Source of the DNA: an uncultured beta proteobacterium
Lineage (GTDB): Bacteria > Pseudomonadota > Gammaproteobacteria > Burkholderiales > SG8-39
NCBI GenBank assembly: GCA_963754305.1
Contig: CAVWFR010000040.1
Span: 220,584-284,583, forward strand
Length of the DNA stretch: 64,000 nt
Direction of reading: 5' to 3'
The notes under the pieces were generated by a model. That model was not told the DNA's origin and ran no database searches. It saw only the letters and a program-made list of their open reading frames with translations. Shown one piece after another: positions 48,001-57,263 of the stretch. Position numbers and translations under genes: made by a program. Every line of letters begins with the position of its first letter. Position 1 is the stretch's first letter.

Positions 48001-49842
48001 CTACCTCGGCGCGTAGCGTACTCCGGCGAAGACGTTGAAGCCCGGCGTAGCGAAGCCCTGGACCAGCTGGTAGTCCTTGTCGAAGAGATTGTTGACGCGC
48101 GCGAACAGCGACCAGTCGTTCCCGATGCGGTACTCGCCAAACAGGTTCACGAGCGTGTAGCCGGCGAGCCGCTGCGTGTTCGCGACGTTGTTGTAGCGCG
48201 AACCCGACGCGATGACCTCGAGCCCGGCGAGCCACGGCCCGAAACTTCGCGCGACGTTGAGGGCGCCGTGCTCCTTGGAACGGAAGGGAAGCTGCGTGTC
48301 CCTCGTTTCGTTCTTCGGGTCCTGGAAATCGGCGCTCGCGCGTACCGTCCAGCCGGCCAGGGCGAGGCCGTAGGTGAGCGTGACGCCGGTGATCTCCGCC
48401 TCGTCCACGTTCTCCGCGCGCACGCAGAACGGGTTGCCGGGAATGGCCGCCGCGACGATGAGATCGCTGACCTTGTTCCGGTAGGCGATCACGCCCGCCG
48501 TTTGCGCGCCGCGCTCGTACCGCACCCCGGCCTCGAGGTTCTTCGACGACTCGGGACGCAGATTCGGATTGCCGAACGACGGGCAGCCGAACGACGCCGG
48601 GAAGTAGAGCTCGTTGAAGGTCGGTGCCCTGAACGCCGTGCCGTAGGCGGCCGAGACCCGCCAGCCGGGAGCGAACGCGTAGGCGTAGCCGACGGATCCC
48701 GTGGTCTCGTCGCCGAACTGCGAGTTGTCGTCGAGGCGCAGGTTCGCCTGCAGCGTGTGCGGACCGGCGCTGCCCGTGTAGCCGGCAAGCGCCGACCAGA
48801 TCGTCCGGCTGTCCACGGGGAAGCTCGTCGTGCCGCTCACCTTCTGGTCGAGATACTCCGCGGCGAGCAGCACGGTGCCGACCGGCGTCGTGACGTCGTT
48901 TTGCCAAACGACCTGGTCCTGAACGGTCTTGAACACGCTCGATGTCGGACCGGACACCGTGGTGGAGTCGTCGCTGCCCTGGCCGATGCGCAGCAGGCTT
49001 TGCCAGTTCGGCAGAAAGCGGTTCCGGCTGTAGACGCCGTAGGCCGCGAGCGTCTGGTCGGTGTAGTCGTCGAAGTTGCTGAAGAAGCCATCGAAGTGGG
49101 TGCGGCCGTCGGACCAGAAGAGCGTCCCGCCGAGCTCGTGGTCGGGGGTGAAGCGGTGCGCAAGGCGCGCGGTCGCGCTCTTGTTCCGGTAGCCGTCGGC
49201 GTCCGGCTGGAAGAACGGGCTCGCCGGATCCTGGACCGCGCTGAAGCTGCGGCTCGAGAGATATCCGGCGTTGATGTTGAACGTGGTGTCGCCCGTGCCG
49301 CCGCCGATCCCCGCGGTGTATTGCTGGGTGTTGTACGTGCCGTAGCCCGCCGAGGCATAGGGCCGCACCGGTCCCGGTTCGGCGCGGGTGAAGATCTGGA
49401 TCACGCCGCCGATCGCGTCGGCGCCGTACAGGCTGCTCATCGGGCCGCGAACGATCTCGATGCGCTGGATCTGGCTCGGCGGGATCGCCTGGAACGCGGT
49501 CGTGCCGGTGGTCGCCGAGCCGACCCTCAGCCCATCGACGAGCACGAGCACCTGGCTGGGGTTGGTGCCGCGCAGGAACACGCTCGACGCGGTCCCCAGC
49601 CCGCCGTTTTGCGTGATCTCCACGCCGGGCTGCCCCTGCAGGATCTCGACGAGCGAGGACACCCCGGCTTCGTCGATCTCCTCGCGCGTGATGACGCTGA
49701 CGTCGCTCACGACCGCGCTCGCGCGCGTCGGCGTCCGCGTGGCGGTGACGACGACTGCATCCAAGGGTTCTGCGGCAGTTGCGAACGGCGCCGAAAGCGA
49801 AAGCGCGAGCGCCGCGGCGGCCCGCGGCAGCGACTTGGTCAT
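48001..49842 (-). CDS. btuB: TonB-dependent vitamin B12 receptor
   Basis: ATG at 49842 (MTKSLPRAAAALALSLSAPFATAAEPLDAVVVTATR, signal peptide plus TonB box) with GGGAGGAG upstream. C-terminal ...FAGVRYAPR. A cobalamin riboswitch precedes it. Confidence 0.9.
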   Translation of the reverse strand: MTKSLPRAAAALALSLSAPFATAAEPLDAVVVTATRTPTRASAVVSDVSVITREEIDEAGVSSLVEILQGQPGVEITQNGGLGTASSVFLRGTNPSQVLVLVDGLRVGSATTGTTAFQAIPPSQIQRIEIVRGPMSSLYGADAIGGVIQIFTRAEPGPVRPYASAGYGTYNTQQYTAGIGGGTGDTTFNINAGYLSSRSFSAVQDPASPFFQPDADGYRNKSATARLAHRFTPDHELGGTLFWSDGRTHFDGFFSNFDDYTDQTLAAYGVYSRNRFLPNWQSLLRIGQGSDDSTTVSGPTSSVFKTVQDQVVWQNDVTTPVGTVLLAAEYLDQKVSGTTSFPVDSRTIWSALAGYTGSAGPHTLQANLRLDDNSQFGDETTGSVGYAYAFAPGWRVSAAYGTAFRAPTFNELYFPASFGCPSFGNPNLRPESSKNLEAGVRYERGAQTAGVIAYRNKVSDLIVAAAIPGNPFCVRAENVDEAEITGVTLTYGLALAGWTVRASADFQDPKNETRDTQLPFRSKEHGALNVARSFGPWLAGLEVIASGSRYNNVANTQRLAGYTLVNLFGEYRIGNDWSLFARVNNLFDKDYQLVQGFATPGFNVFAGVRYAPR

Positions 49843-49961
49843 GACCGGCTCCTCCCTGCCGGTGAGCGTCCCCGCACACCGGCGCACGTGGCGAAAGGCG
49901 CGTGCGAAGGGCAGAGAACCAGCCTCAAACACCGCCCGCCGCAGCGCTCCGAACCTTCGCT

Positions 49962-50145
49962 CGCGGCCGGTCTCCGGGCTTGCAAGCTGGCCGGCGGCGG
50001 AGCCGTTGGCCGCTCACGTCGCCTTCCCATGGCGCGAGGGCCACAGTGGCGGGGGGACGTGAGCTCGCTTGCCTACCGTTGCGGGGGCAGCACCGGCTTT
50101 CGGGCGTGGCCCGTCACCAGTTTCCCGTTTCAGCCGGCGGAAGGA
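49962..50145 (-). promoter_or_regulatory. cobalamin riboswitch (leader of btuB-cobU)
   Basis: The minus strand reads ...GAAACGGGAAACUGGUGACGGGCCACGCCCGAAAGCCGGUGCUGCCCCCGCAACGGUAGGC...GCCACUGUGGCCC...GGGAAGGCGACG...AGCCCGGAGACCGGCC. It shows the conserved GGGAA, GGUG, GCUGCCCCCGCAAC.GUA, CCACUG and GGGAAGGC blocks and the B12 box (complement of 49965-49980). Confidence 0.85.
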
Positions 50146-50195
50146 GAATCCCGCCGGACACCACGAACGAGCGCGGGGAGTTTACACCCGGTGCC

Positions 50196-50241
50196 GAACC
50201 CCCCGCTGCGTTTCACTTCGCTCGCGCCCCTTCACAGGGAG
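50196..50241 (+). repeat. REP-like intergenic repeat, copy A
   Basis: gaaccccccgctgcgtttcacttcgctcgcgccccttcacagggag. The first 28 nt are nearly identical to copy B at 52229. Confidence 0.7.
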
Positions 50242-50269
50242 TTCGGGAAGGCTGCTATCGTCCGCGCCC

Positions 50270-51355
50270 ATGGTCCCGGACCCGGTCGACCCGGCGAGCC
50301 TGCGGCGCGCGCTGGTGGTGAAGCTCCGCCATCACGGCGACGTGCTGCTCGCCGCGCCGGTGTTCTCCGTGCTCCGTAATCATGCGCCGCAACTGGAGAT
50401 CGACGCGCTCGTCTACGACGACACCGCGGCCATGCTCACGCTGCATCCCGCGATCGCCGAGGTGCACACGGTGGGGCGCGCGTGGCGCGGGCTCGCGCTG
50501 CCGAGCAAGCTCGGGTTGGAGTGGCAGCTGCTCGCACGGCTGCGAGCGCGCCGGTACGACCTGCTCGTCACGCTTACCGAGCATCCGCGGGGCGCGTCGC
50601 TCGCGCGCCTGCTCGGCCCGCGGTACTCGGTCGCGCCGGAGAAACCCTCCAGGGGTCGAATGTGGCGGCGGAGCTTCACGCATCTTTACCGGCTGCCGGC
50701 TAACGGCCGGCGGCATACGGTGGAGATCCATCTGGATGCGCTGCGGCGGATCGGCGTGTACCCAGGCGCGGACGAGCGCCAGGTCGTGCTGGTGCCCGGC
50801 GTGGAGGCAACCGGCGCGGTTGCGGCGCGCCTCGCCTCGCTCGGGCTCCCGGAGCGTGGATTCGTCCATGTCCATCCCGCGTCCCGCTGGCAGTTCAAGT
50901 GCTGGCCGGCGGAGCGCAACGCCGCGCTCATCGACGCGCTCGCCGCGGACGGCCATGCCGTGGTGCTCACCGCCGCGCCGAGCGAGCCGGAGCTCGCGCT
51001 GGTGCGCGCGATCATCGCCGCGTGCAAGCGCACGCCGATCGATCTCTCGGGGCAGCTCTCGCTGAAGGAGCTTGCCGCGCTCAGCGCCCGCGCCTGCCTC
51101 TTCGTCGGCGTCGATTCGGCGCCGATGCACATCGCGGCGGCGATGGGCACGCCGGTCGTGGCGCTCTTCGGCCCGAGCGGCGACCTCGAATGGGGGCCGT
51201 GGCAGGTGCGCAGCCGCGTGATCGCCTCTGCCGCGCATCCGTGCCGACCGTGCGGCAACGACGGCTGCGGCGGCGGGAAGGTGAGCGAGTGCCTGACGAC
51301 GCTGCCGGTCGAGCGCGTGCTCGCCGCGGCGCGCGAGCTGCTCGCCGGCCGATGA
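50270..51355 (+). CDS. glycosyltransferase family 9 (LPS heptosyltransferase, WaaQ/RfaQ-like)
   Basis: ATG at 50270 inside ORF 50069..51355. GT9 blocks are LVVKLRHHGDVLLAAPVF, KCWPAERNAALIDAL and VGVDSAPMHIAAAMGTPVVALFGP. Confidence 0.85.
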   Translation: MVPDPVDPASLRRALVVKLRHHGDVLLAAPVFSVLRNHAPQLEIDALVYDDTAAMLTLHPAIAEVHTVGRAWRGLALPSKLGLEWQLLARLRARRYDLLVTLTEHPRGASLARLLGPRYSVAPEKPSRGRMWRRSFTHLYRLPANGRRHTVEIHLDALRRIGVYPGADERQVVLVPGVEATGAVAARLASLGLPERGFVHVHPASRWQFKCWPAERNAALIDALAADGHAVVLTAAPSEPELALVRAIIAACKRTPIDLSGQLSLKELAALSARACLFVGVDSAPMHIAAAMGTPVVALFGPSGDLEWGPWQVRSRVIASAAHPCRPCGNDGCGGGKVSECLTTLPVERVLAAARELLAGR

Positions 51356-52230
51356 GGCGAGTGCTCGCCGTCGCCGGTGCGGTCGCGGTGGCGTGCGCGG
51401 CGGTAGCGGAGGTGCGGGTGACCGACGACCGCGGCCGAGAGCTCGTGCTCGCCCGGCCCGCATCGCGGATCGTCACGCTCGCGCCGCACCTGACGGAGAT
51501 CGCGTTCGCCGCCGGCGCCGGGGCGAAGGTCGTCGGCGTGTCGAGCTACAGCGACTTCCCGCCCGAGGCGGCGCGGCTGCCGGTCGTTTCCGATCATGGC
51601 AAGGTCAACTTCGAGGAGATCGCGAGGCTCAAGCCCGATTTAGCGCTGCTGTGGCTGACCGGGAACCAAGCGCCGGACTTCGAGCGGCTCGAGACGCGCG
51701 GCGTGCCGGTATTCGCGACCGAGGCGGCGCGGCCCGACGATGTCTCCCGGATCCTGCGTCTGGTCGGCCGGCTCGCCGGCACGGCAAGCGCCGCAGACGC
51801 CGCCGCGCGCCAAGTCGATGCGCGTTTCGCGGCGTTGCGCGAGCGCTACCGCGGCCGGCCGACGGTTGCGGTCTTCTATGAGATCTGGCCCGAGCCGCTG
51901 ATGTCGGTGAACGGCCGCCACCTGATCTCGCAGCTGGTCGAGATCTGCGGCGGGCGGAACGTGTTCGCCGCCGCCGGGCCGCTGGTGCCGACGATCTCCC
52001 GCGAGCAGCTCCTCGCCGTCGATCCGGACGCGATCGTTGTCGCGGCGCCCGCACCGCGAGTCGCCGACCGGCTGGCGTACTGGCAGTCGTGGCGGAGCCT
52101 GCGCGCGGCGCGCGAAGGACGGGTCTACCGGAGCGATCCGGCGGTCGCGCACCGGATGGGCCCGCGCATCGTCGATGGCGGGGTGGAGCTGTGTGAAACG
52201 CTCGACCGGGCGCGGCGGGCGCCGCGTTGA
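51352..52230 (+). CDS. second BtuF-like periplasmic binding protein (paralogue of 43196..44077)
   Basis: ATG at 51352 overlaps the heptosyltransferase stop (ATGA). It is colinear with BtuF over the full length, for example RIVTLAPHLTEIAFAAGAGAKVVGVSSYSDFPPEA and ICGGRNVFA. By-eye alignment gives roughly 45% identity. Confidence 0.8.
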   Translation: MRRVLAVAGAVAVACAAVAEVRVTDDRGRELVLARPASRIVTLAPHLTEIAFAAGAGAKVVGVSSYSDFPPEAARLPVVSDHGKVNFEEIARLKPDLALLWLTGNQAPDFERLETRGVPVFATEAARPDDVSRILRLVGRLAGTASAADAAARQVDARFAALRERYRGRPTVAVFYEIWPEPLMSVNGRHLISQLVEICGGRNVFAAAGPLVPTISREQLLAVDPDAIVVAAPAPRVADRLAYWQSWRSLRAAREGRVYRSDPAVAHRMGPRIVDGGVELCETLDRARRAPR

Positions 52231-52270
52231 ACCCCCCGCTACGTTTCATTTCGCTCCCCCTTTGCCGGGG
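52229..52270 (+). repeat. REP-like intergenic repeat, copy B
   Basis: gaaccccccgctacgtttcatttcgctccccctttgccgggg, followed by GTAG. Confidence 0.7.
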
Positions 52271-52292
52271 CGGCAGTCGGTAGAAGCTGCCG

Positions 52293-53423
52293 ATGCGCAT
52301 CGCGATCATCAGACAGCGCTACAACCCGTTCGGCGGTGCCGAGCGCTTCGTCGCGAGCGCGCTCGAAGCGCTCGCAGGTCAGGGCGCGCATGTCACCGTC
52401 GTCGCGCGGGAATGGGAGCGAAACACGCGCAGCGAAGTGCTCAGGGTGGACCCGTTCCACATCGGTCGGCTCTGGCGCGACTGGAGCTTTGCGCGCGCAG
52501 TGTGCGCGCGGCTCGCCGGCGAGTCGTTCGATCTCGTGCAGTCGCACGAGCGGATCGCCTGCTGCGACGTCTACCGCGCCGGCGACGGCGTGCATCGTCA
52601 GTGGCTCGAGAACCGGGCGCGGGAAATCGGCACGGTCGCCCGCTTCGCGACCCGGGCGAGCCCCTACCACCGCTACGTGCTCGCCGCGGAACGGCGGCTC
52701 TTCGCCAGTCCGCGCCTGCGAGCGGTGATCTGCAACTCTGGCATGGTGCGCGAAGAAATCCGGCGGCACTTCGAGCTGCCGGCCGACAAGCTGCACGTGG
52801 TCTACAGCGGCGTAGACCTCGATGCGTTCGTGCCCGAGCTGCGGCTCGAGTACCGCGAGCGCGTGCGCCGCGAGCTGGGGATTCCGGAGACGGCGACCGT
52901 CTATCTGCACGTCGGTTCGGGCTTTGTGCGCAAGGGTGTCGCCACGCTGCTCGCCGCCGCGGCGCGGGTGGAGGATCGAACCGCACACGTCGTGATCGTG
53001 GGCAAGGACCGGGCGGAGGGCGCGATGCGCGCGGCGGCCGCGCGGCTCGGCATCGCCGATCGCGTCCACTTTCCCGGACCGCAGACCGACGTCAAACCGT
53101 TCTACGGCGCGGCCGACTGCTTCGCGTTGCCGACGCTCTACGACCCGTTTCCCAATGCCGCGCTGGAGGCGCTCGCGAGCGGGCTGCCGATCATCGTCAG
53201 CCGCCAGTGCGGCGCCGCCGAGCTGGTGCGCGAGGGGTTCAACGGCTTCGTCGTGGACGCCCTCGACGTCGACGCGCTCGCACGGGTGATGAACGGCGTG
53301 GCCGCGCGCGGGGCCTTCGAGATGGGCAAGGATGCGCGTGCCTCGGTGCTCGACCTCGGTTTGGACGCGATGGGCGAGCGCATGGTCGCCCTCTACCGCG
53401 AGCTCCTCGCCGCGGGCGCTTGA
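52293..53423 (+). CDS. glycosyltransferase family 4 (WaaG/RfaG-like LPS core glycosyltransferase)
   Basis: 376 aa. N-terminus MRIAIIRQRYNPFGGAERF and C-terminal GT4 motif PTLYDPFPNAALEALASGLPIIVS. Confidence 0.85.
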   Translation: MRIAIIRQRYNPFGGAERFVASALEALAGQGAHVTVVAREWERNTRSEVLRVDPFHIGRLWRDWSFARAVCARLAGESFDLVQSHERIACCDVYRAGDGVHRQWLENRAREIGTVARFATRASPYHRYVLAAERRLFASPRLRAVICNSGMVREEIRRHFELPADKLHVVYSGVDLDAFVPELRLEYRERVRRELGIPETATVYLHVGSGFVRKGVATLLAAAARVEDRTAHVVIVGKDRAEGAMRAAAARLGIADRVHFPGPQTDVKPFYGAADCFALPTLYDPFPNAALEALASGLPIIVSRQCGAAELVREGFNGFVVDALDVDALARVMNGVAARGAFEMGKDARASVLDLGLDAMGERMVALYRELLAAGA

Positions 53424-53449
53424 GCGCGGCGCTTATAATTCGCCCCGAC

Positions 53450-55261
53450 ATGTCTTCGAACCCTCCTGCTTCGAAACCCCTGCTTCGAACCCTCCTAATT
53501 CGAGCCCGCCCTCGAGCTTCCGGCTCTATCTCCGCCTCCTCGGCTACGTCAAGCCCTACTGGCGCCGGTTCCTTGCCTCCATCCTCGCGATGATCGTCGT
53601 CGCGGCGACCGAGACCGGGCTGCCGGCGCTCGTCAAGCCGCTGCTCGACGGGACGTTCGTCGAACGGGACTACACGCTGATGCGCTGGGTGCCGGTCGCC
53701 ATCGTCGGCCTGTTCCTGGTGCGCGGGGTCGCGTCGTTCGTCTCCGGGTACATGATCCAGTGGGTCGCGCAGCAGCTGATCGTCGATCTGCGCCGAGCCA
53801 TGTTCGGCGCGCTCGTGCGGCTGCCGACCGCGCACTACGACGCCGCGACCACCGGCGCCACCGTCTCCAAGTTCACCTACAACGTCACGCAGGTGACCGG
53901 CGCCGCGACCGGCGCGGTGAACGTGATCGTGAAGGACTCGCTCGCGGTCGTGGGCCTGCTCGGCTGGATGCTGTGGCTCAACTGGCAGCTGACGCTGCTC
54001 GCGATCGTCGTCGGCCCGCCGATCGCCTGGATCACGCGCTACTTCTCCGGCCGCTTGCGCAGGATGAGCCGCGCCGAGCAGGCGGCAATGGGCGATCTCA
54101 ACCACGTGCTCGAGGAGTCGATCGGCTGTCATCGCGTGGTGAAGGTGTTCGGCGGACAGGAGTACGAGGGCCGCCGCTTCGCGCAGGCCGCCGACAAGGT
54201 GCGCCGGTTCCAGATGAAGATCGCGACCGCCGCCGCGGCGACCGTCCCGACGACGCACCTCGTCGCGTCGTTCGCGGTGGCGGCGATCGTCTACTTCGTG
54301 ATCGGCCAGGCGGCGCGCGACCAGACGACGGTCGGCGGGTTCGTGTCCTACCTGGCCGCGCTCTTCATGCTGATGCCGCCGATCAAGCGGCTCACGAACG
54401 TGAACGAGACGATGCAGCGCGGCCTCGCCGCGGCCGAGACGGTGTTCGGGCTGATCGACGAGCAGCCGGAGGCCGACCGCGGCACGATCGAGATCGGCCG
54501 GGCGCGCGGCGAGATCGAGTTCCAGCGGGTGAGCTTTACCTACCCGGGCGCCGCGCGGCCCGCGCTCGCGGAGGTCACGCTCCGCATCGCGCCGGGCGAG
54601 ACGGTCGCGCTCGTGGGCGCCTCGGGCAGCGGCAAGACGACGCTCGCGAACCTGCTCCCGCGTTTCTACGAGCCGAGCCACGGGCGCATCCTGGTCGACG
54701 GCGTCGACATCCTCGAGCTGCGGCTCGCGAGCCTGCGCTCGAACATCGCGCTCGTCAGCCAGGACATCGTGCTCTTCAACGACAGCGTCGCGGCCAACAT
54801 CGGCTACGGCCGCCTCGGCGATCACTCGGAGGCCGACATCGTCGCCGCCGCGGACGCCGCGCACGCGCTCGGGATTCATCCGCGAGATGCCGCAGGGGCT
54901 CGCGACGCTCATCGGCGAGGACGGCGTGCGGCTCTCGGGCGGACAGCGCCAGCGCCTGGCGATCGCGCGCGCCTTCCTCAAGGACGCGCCCATCCTCATC
55001 CTCGACGAGGCGACGAGCGCGCTCGACAGCGAGTCGGAGCGCAACGTTCAGGAGGCGCTCGAAGCGCTGATGCGCGGCCGTACGACGATCGTCATCGCGC
55101 ATCGCCTTTCAACGGTGGAAAACGCCGACCGCATCGTCGTGCTCGACGAAGGGCGCATCGCCGACGTCGGCCGCCACGCCGAGCTGCTCGCACGCGCCGG
55201 TATCTACGCGAAGCTCTACCGGATGCAGTACTCGCGCGAGGACCTGGTCGCCGCCGCCTGA
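53450..55261 (+). pseudogene. msbA: lipid A export ABC transporter MsbA, read through two frame breaks
   Basis: The core is in the frame of ORF 53332..55980 (six-TM domain, Walker [10 protein letters not shown]). The C-terminal 124 aa are in ORF 54887..55261 ([27 protein letters not shown]). The break is at GGG 54871-54873 (gcgctcGGGattcatc, expected [11 protein letters not shown]). The only plausible start is the ATG at 53450, in a third frame, with a break at the C4 run 53477-53480. Confidence 0.8.
53453..53511 (+). repeat. four tandem ~15-nt units (CTTCGAACCCTCCTG-like) at the msbA 5' end
   Basis: The units are tcttcgaaccctcct / gcttcgaaacccct / gcttcgaaccctcct / aattcgagcccgccc. Unit 2 is 14 nt rather than 15 nt. 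Repaired, the units encode SSNPP-ASKPP-ASNPP-NSSPP. Confidence 0.75.
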
Positions 55262-55288
55262 ACGGGCCGGCGCGCGCGCTGAAAACGC

Positions 55289-57154
55289 ATGTGCGGCATC
55301 GCCGGCTACTGGAGCGGCTGCGAGTACGAGCCCGGCGTGCTCGAACGCATGACGCGGGTGCTCGCGCACCGCGGACCCGACGCGGAGGGCTTCCACCGCC
55401 GGGGCGCGATCAATCTCGGCCACCGCCGGCTGAGCGTGATCGACCTCGAGGCGAGCCGGCAGCCGCTCTTCAACGAAGACGGCGGCGTCGCGGTGGTGTT
55501 CAACGGCGAGATCTACAACTTCCAGGACCTGCGGCGCGAGCTCGCTGCCGCCGGGCACAAGTTTCGCACCCAGGGCGACACGGAGGTGCTCGTACACGGG
55601 TGGGAGGAGTGGGGCGCCGGGCTCCTGGCAAGGATTGCCGGCATGTTCGCGTTCGCGATCTGGGACGAGCGTCGGCAGACGCTCTTTCTCGCCCGCGATC
55701 ATCTCGGCGTCAAGCCGCTCTACTACTACTGGGACGGCAGCCTCTTCGCGTTCGGATCCGAGCTGAAGGCGATCCTGCAGCATCCGGCGGTGAGCCGGAC
55801 GCCGGACCTCGCTTCGATCGGGCTGTATCTGGAATGCCAGTACATTCCGGCGCCACGGAGCATCTACCGCGACGTGAAGAAGCTCGAGGCCGGGCATTCG
55901 CTGGTGCTCGCGAACGGCGCGCTCGAGCGCAAGCGCTACTGGGTGCCGGACTACTCGGCGAAGCTGGCGGTAGGCGATGACGAAGCGATCGCGCTCGTCG
56001 AGGCCGAGCTGCGGCGCTCGGTCGAGTCGATGCTCGTCGCCGACGTCCCGCTCGGCGCGTTCGTGAGCGGCGGCATCGACTCGAGCCTCGTCGCCGCGCT
56101 GATGACCGACGTCTCGGGGAAGCCGGTGGAGACGTTCAACCTGAGCTTCGCCGGCGACGCGCTGGAGAGCGAGCGCGAGGAAGCCGAGATCACCGCGCGG
56201 CACATCGGCAGCCGGCACCACTCGCTCGTCATCGACCCGGCCACGGTGCTGGACGCCTTCGGCTCGTGGGTCGACGTGTTCGACGAGCCGTTCGGCGACC
56301 AGGCGTCGCTGCCCACGCTGCTGCTCGCGCGGCTGACGCGAGAGCACGTCACGGTCGTCCTGACCGGCGAGGGGGCCGACGAGATCTTCGCCGGCTACGG
56401 CAACTACGCGAAGCGGGTGCGGGAAGAGCGGCTCGTCGGGGTGCTCGCCGGTCGCGGATCGCCGCTGCCGGCGCTCGCGCGGCGACTGCCGCCCGCGCTT
56501 CGCAAGGACCGGATCGTGAAGGCGGTCGGGCGGCCGCTCTCCCAGCGCTACGTGACCATCCCGAGCATCTTCGACGAAGCGCTGCGGTCGGCGCTGTTCT
56601 CCGCGCCGTTCCAGCGGGCGATGACCGAGCGCATGCGCGATTACGCCGAGCGGTTCTACGACGAGTCCAACTCGGCCGACTACATGGATCGCATCATGTA
56701 CGTCGACGCGCGGCTGTGGCTGCCGGACGATCTGCTCACCAAGGTGGACCGGGCCACGATGGCGAGCTCGCTCGAGGCGCGCGTGCCCTATCTCGATCAC
56801 AAGTTCTTCGAGCTCTGCGCGCGTTTGGACACCGGGCTCAAGCAGCGCGGCGACACCCGCAAGTACCTGCTGAAGAAGATCGCAGAGCGCTATCTCCCGG
56901 CGCGGATCGTCCATCGCGCGAAGCAGGGATTCATGATGCCGTTGGGCGAGTGGCTGGCCGGCGAGCTGAAGCCGTTCGTCGCGGAGTGCCTGTCGGCGGG
57001 CGGGCTCGCGAAGCGCGGGCTGTTCGCCCCCGGGGCGCTCGAGCGGCTGCTCGCCCAGCACCAGAGCGGCCGCAAGAACCATTCGACCCGGCTGTGGGCG
57101 CTCGTCGTGCTGGAACTGTGGTTCCGGCGCTACGAGCCGGCGTTCGCGCTATGA
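55289..57154 (+). CDS. asparagine synthase (glutamine-hydrolysing) family amidotransferase 1
   Basis: 621 aa. N-terminal nucleophile MCGIAGY, HRGPD and RRLSVIDL, plus the synthetase-domain PP-loop FVSGGIDSS. Confidence 0.9.
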   Translation: MCGIAGYWSGCEYEPGVLERMTRVLAHRGPDAEGFHRRGAINLGHRRLSVIDLEASRQPLFNEDGGVAVVFNGEIYNFQDLRRELAAAGHKFRTQGDTEVLVHGWEEWGAGLLARIAGMFAFAIWDERRQTLFLARDHLGVKPLYYYWDGSLFAFGSELKAILQHPAVSRTPDLASIGLYLECQYIPAPRSIYRDVKKLEAGHSLVLANGALERKRYWVPDYSAKLAVGDDEAIALVEAELRRSVESMLVADVPLGAFVSGGIDSSLVAALMTDVSGKPVETFNLSFAGDALESEREEAEITARHIGSRHHSLVIDPATVLDAFGSWVDVFDEPFGDQASLPTLLLARLTREHVTVVLTGEGADEIFAGYGNYAKRVREERLVGVLAGRGSPLPALARRLPPALRKDRIVKAVGRPLSQRYVTIPSIFDEALRSALFSAPFQRAMTERMRDYAERFYDESNSADYMDRIMYVDARLWLPDDLLTKVDRATMASSLEARVPYLDHKFFELCARLDTGLKQRGDTRKYLLKKIAERYLPARIVHRAKQGFMMPLGEWLAGELKPFVAECLSAGGLAKRGLFAPGALERLLAQHQSGRKNHSTRLWALVVLELWFRRYEPAFAL

Positions 57155-57263
57155 GCTCGTGTCATTCCGGCGCACGCCGGATCCAGACTGCATCGATGGC
57201 GCTGCGGAGGCTACTCTGGACCCCGGCGTCCGCCGGGGTGACAAGAGATGCCGGGGTGACGAG

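Noticed and set aside
53453-53511. Short tandem repeats considered as a mini-CRISPR or other array
   Set aside because: The units are contiguous 15-mers without spacers, and they lie within a coding 5' end. No cas genes are present.
53332-55980. 882-aa ORF suggesting a giant MsbA-fusion protein
   Set aside because: After about 54870 the translation becomes Arg-rich nonsense, while the true ABC signature and Walker B appear in another frame (54887..55261). The tail runs out of frame into the AsnB-like gene.
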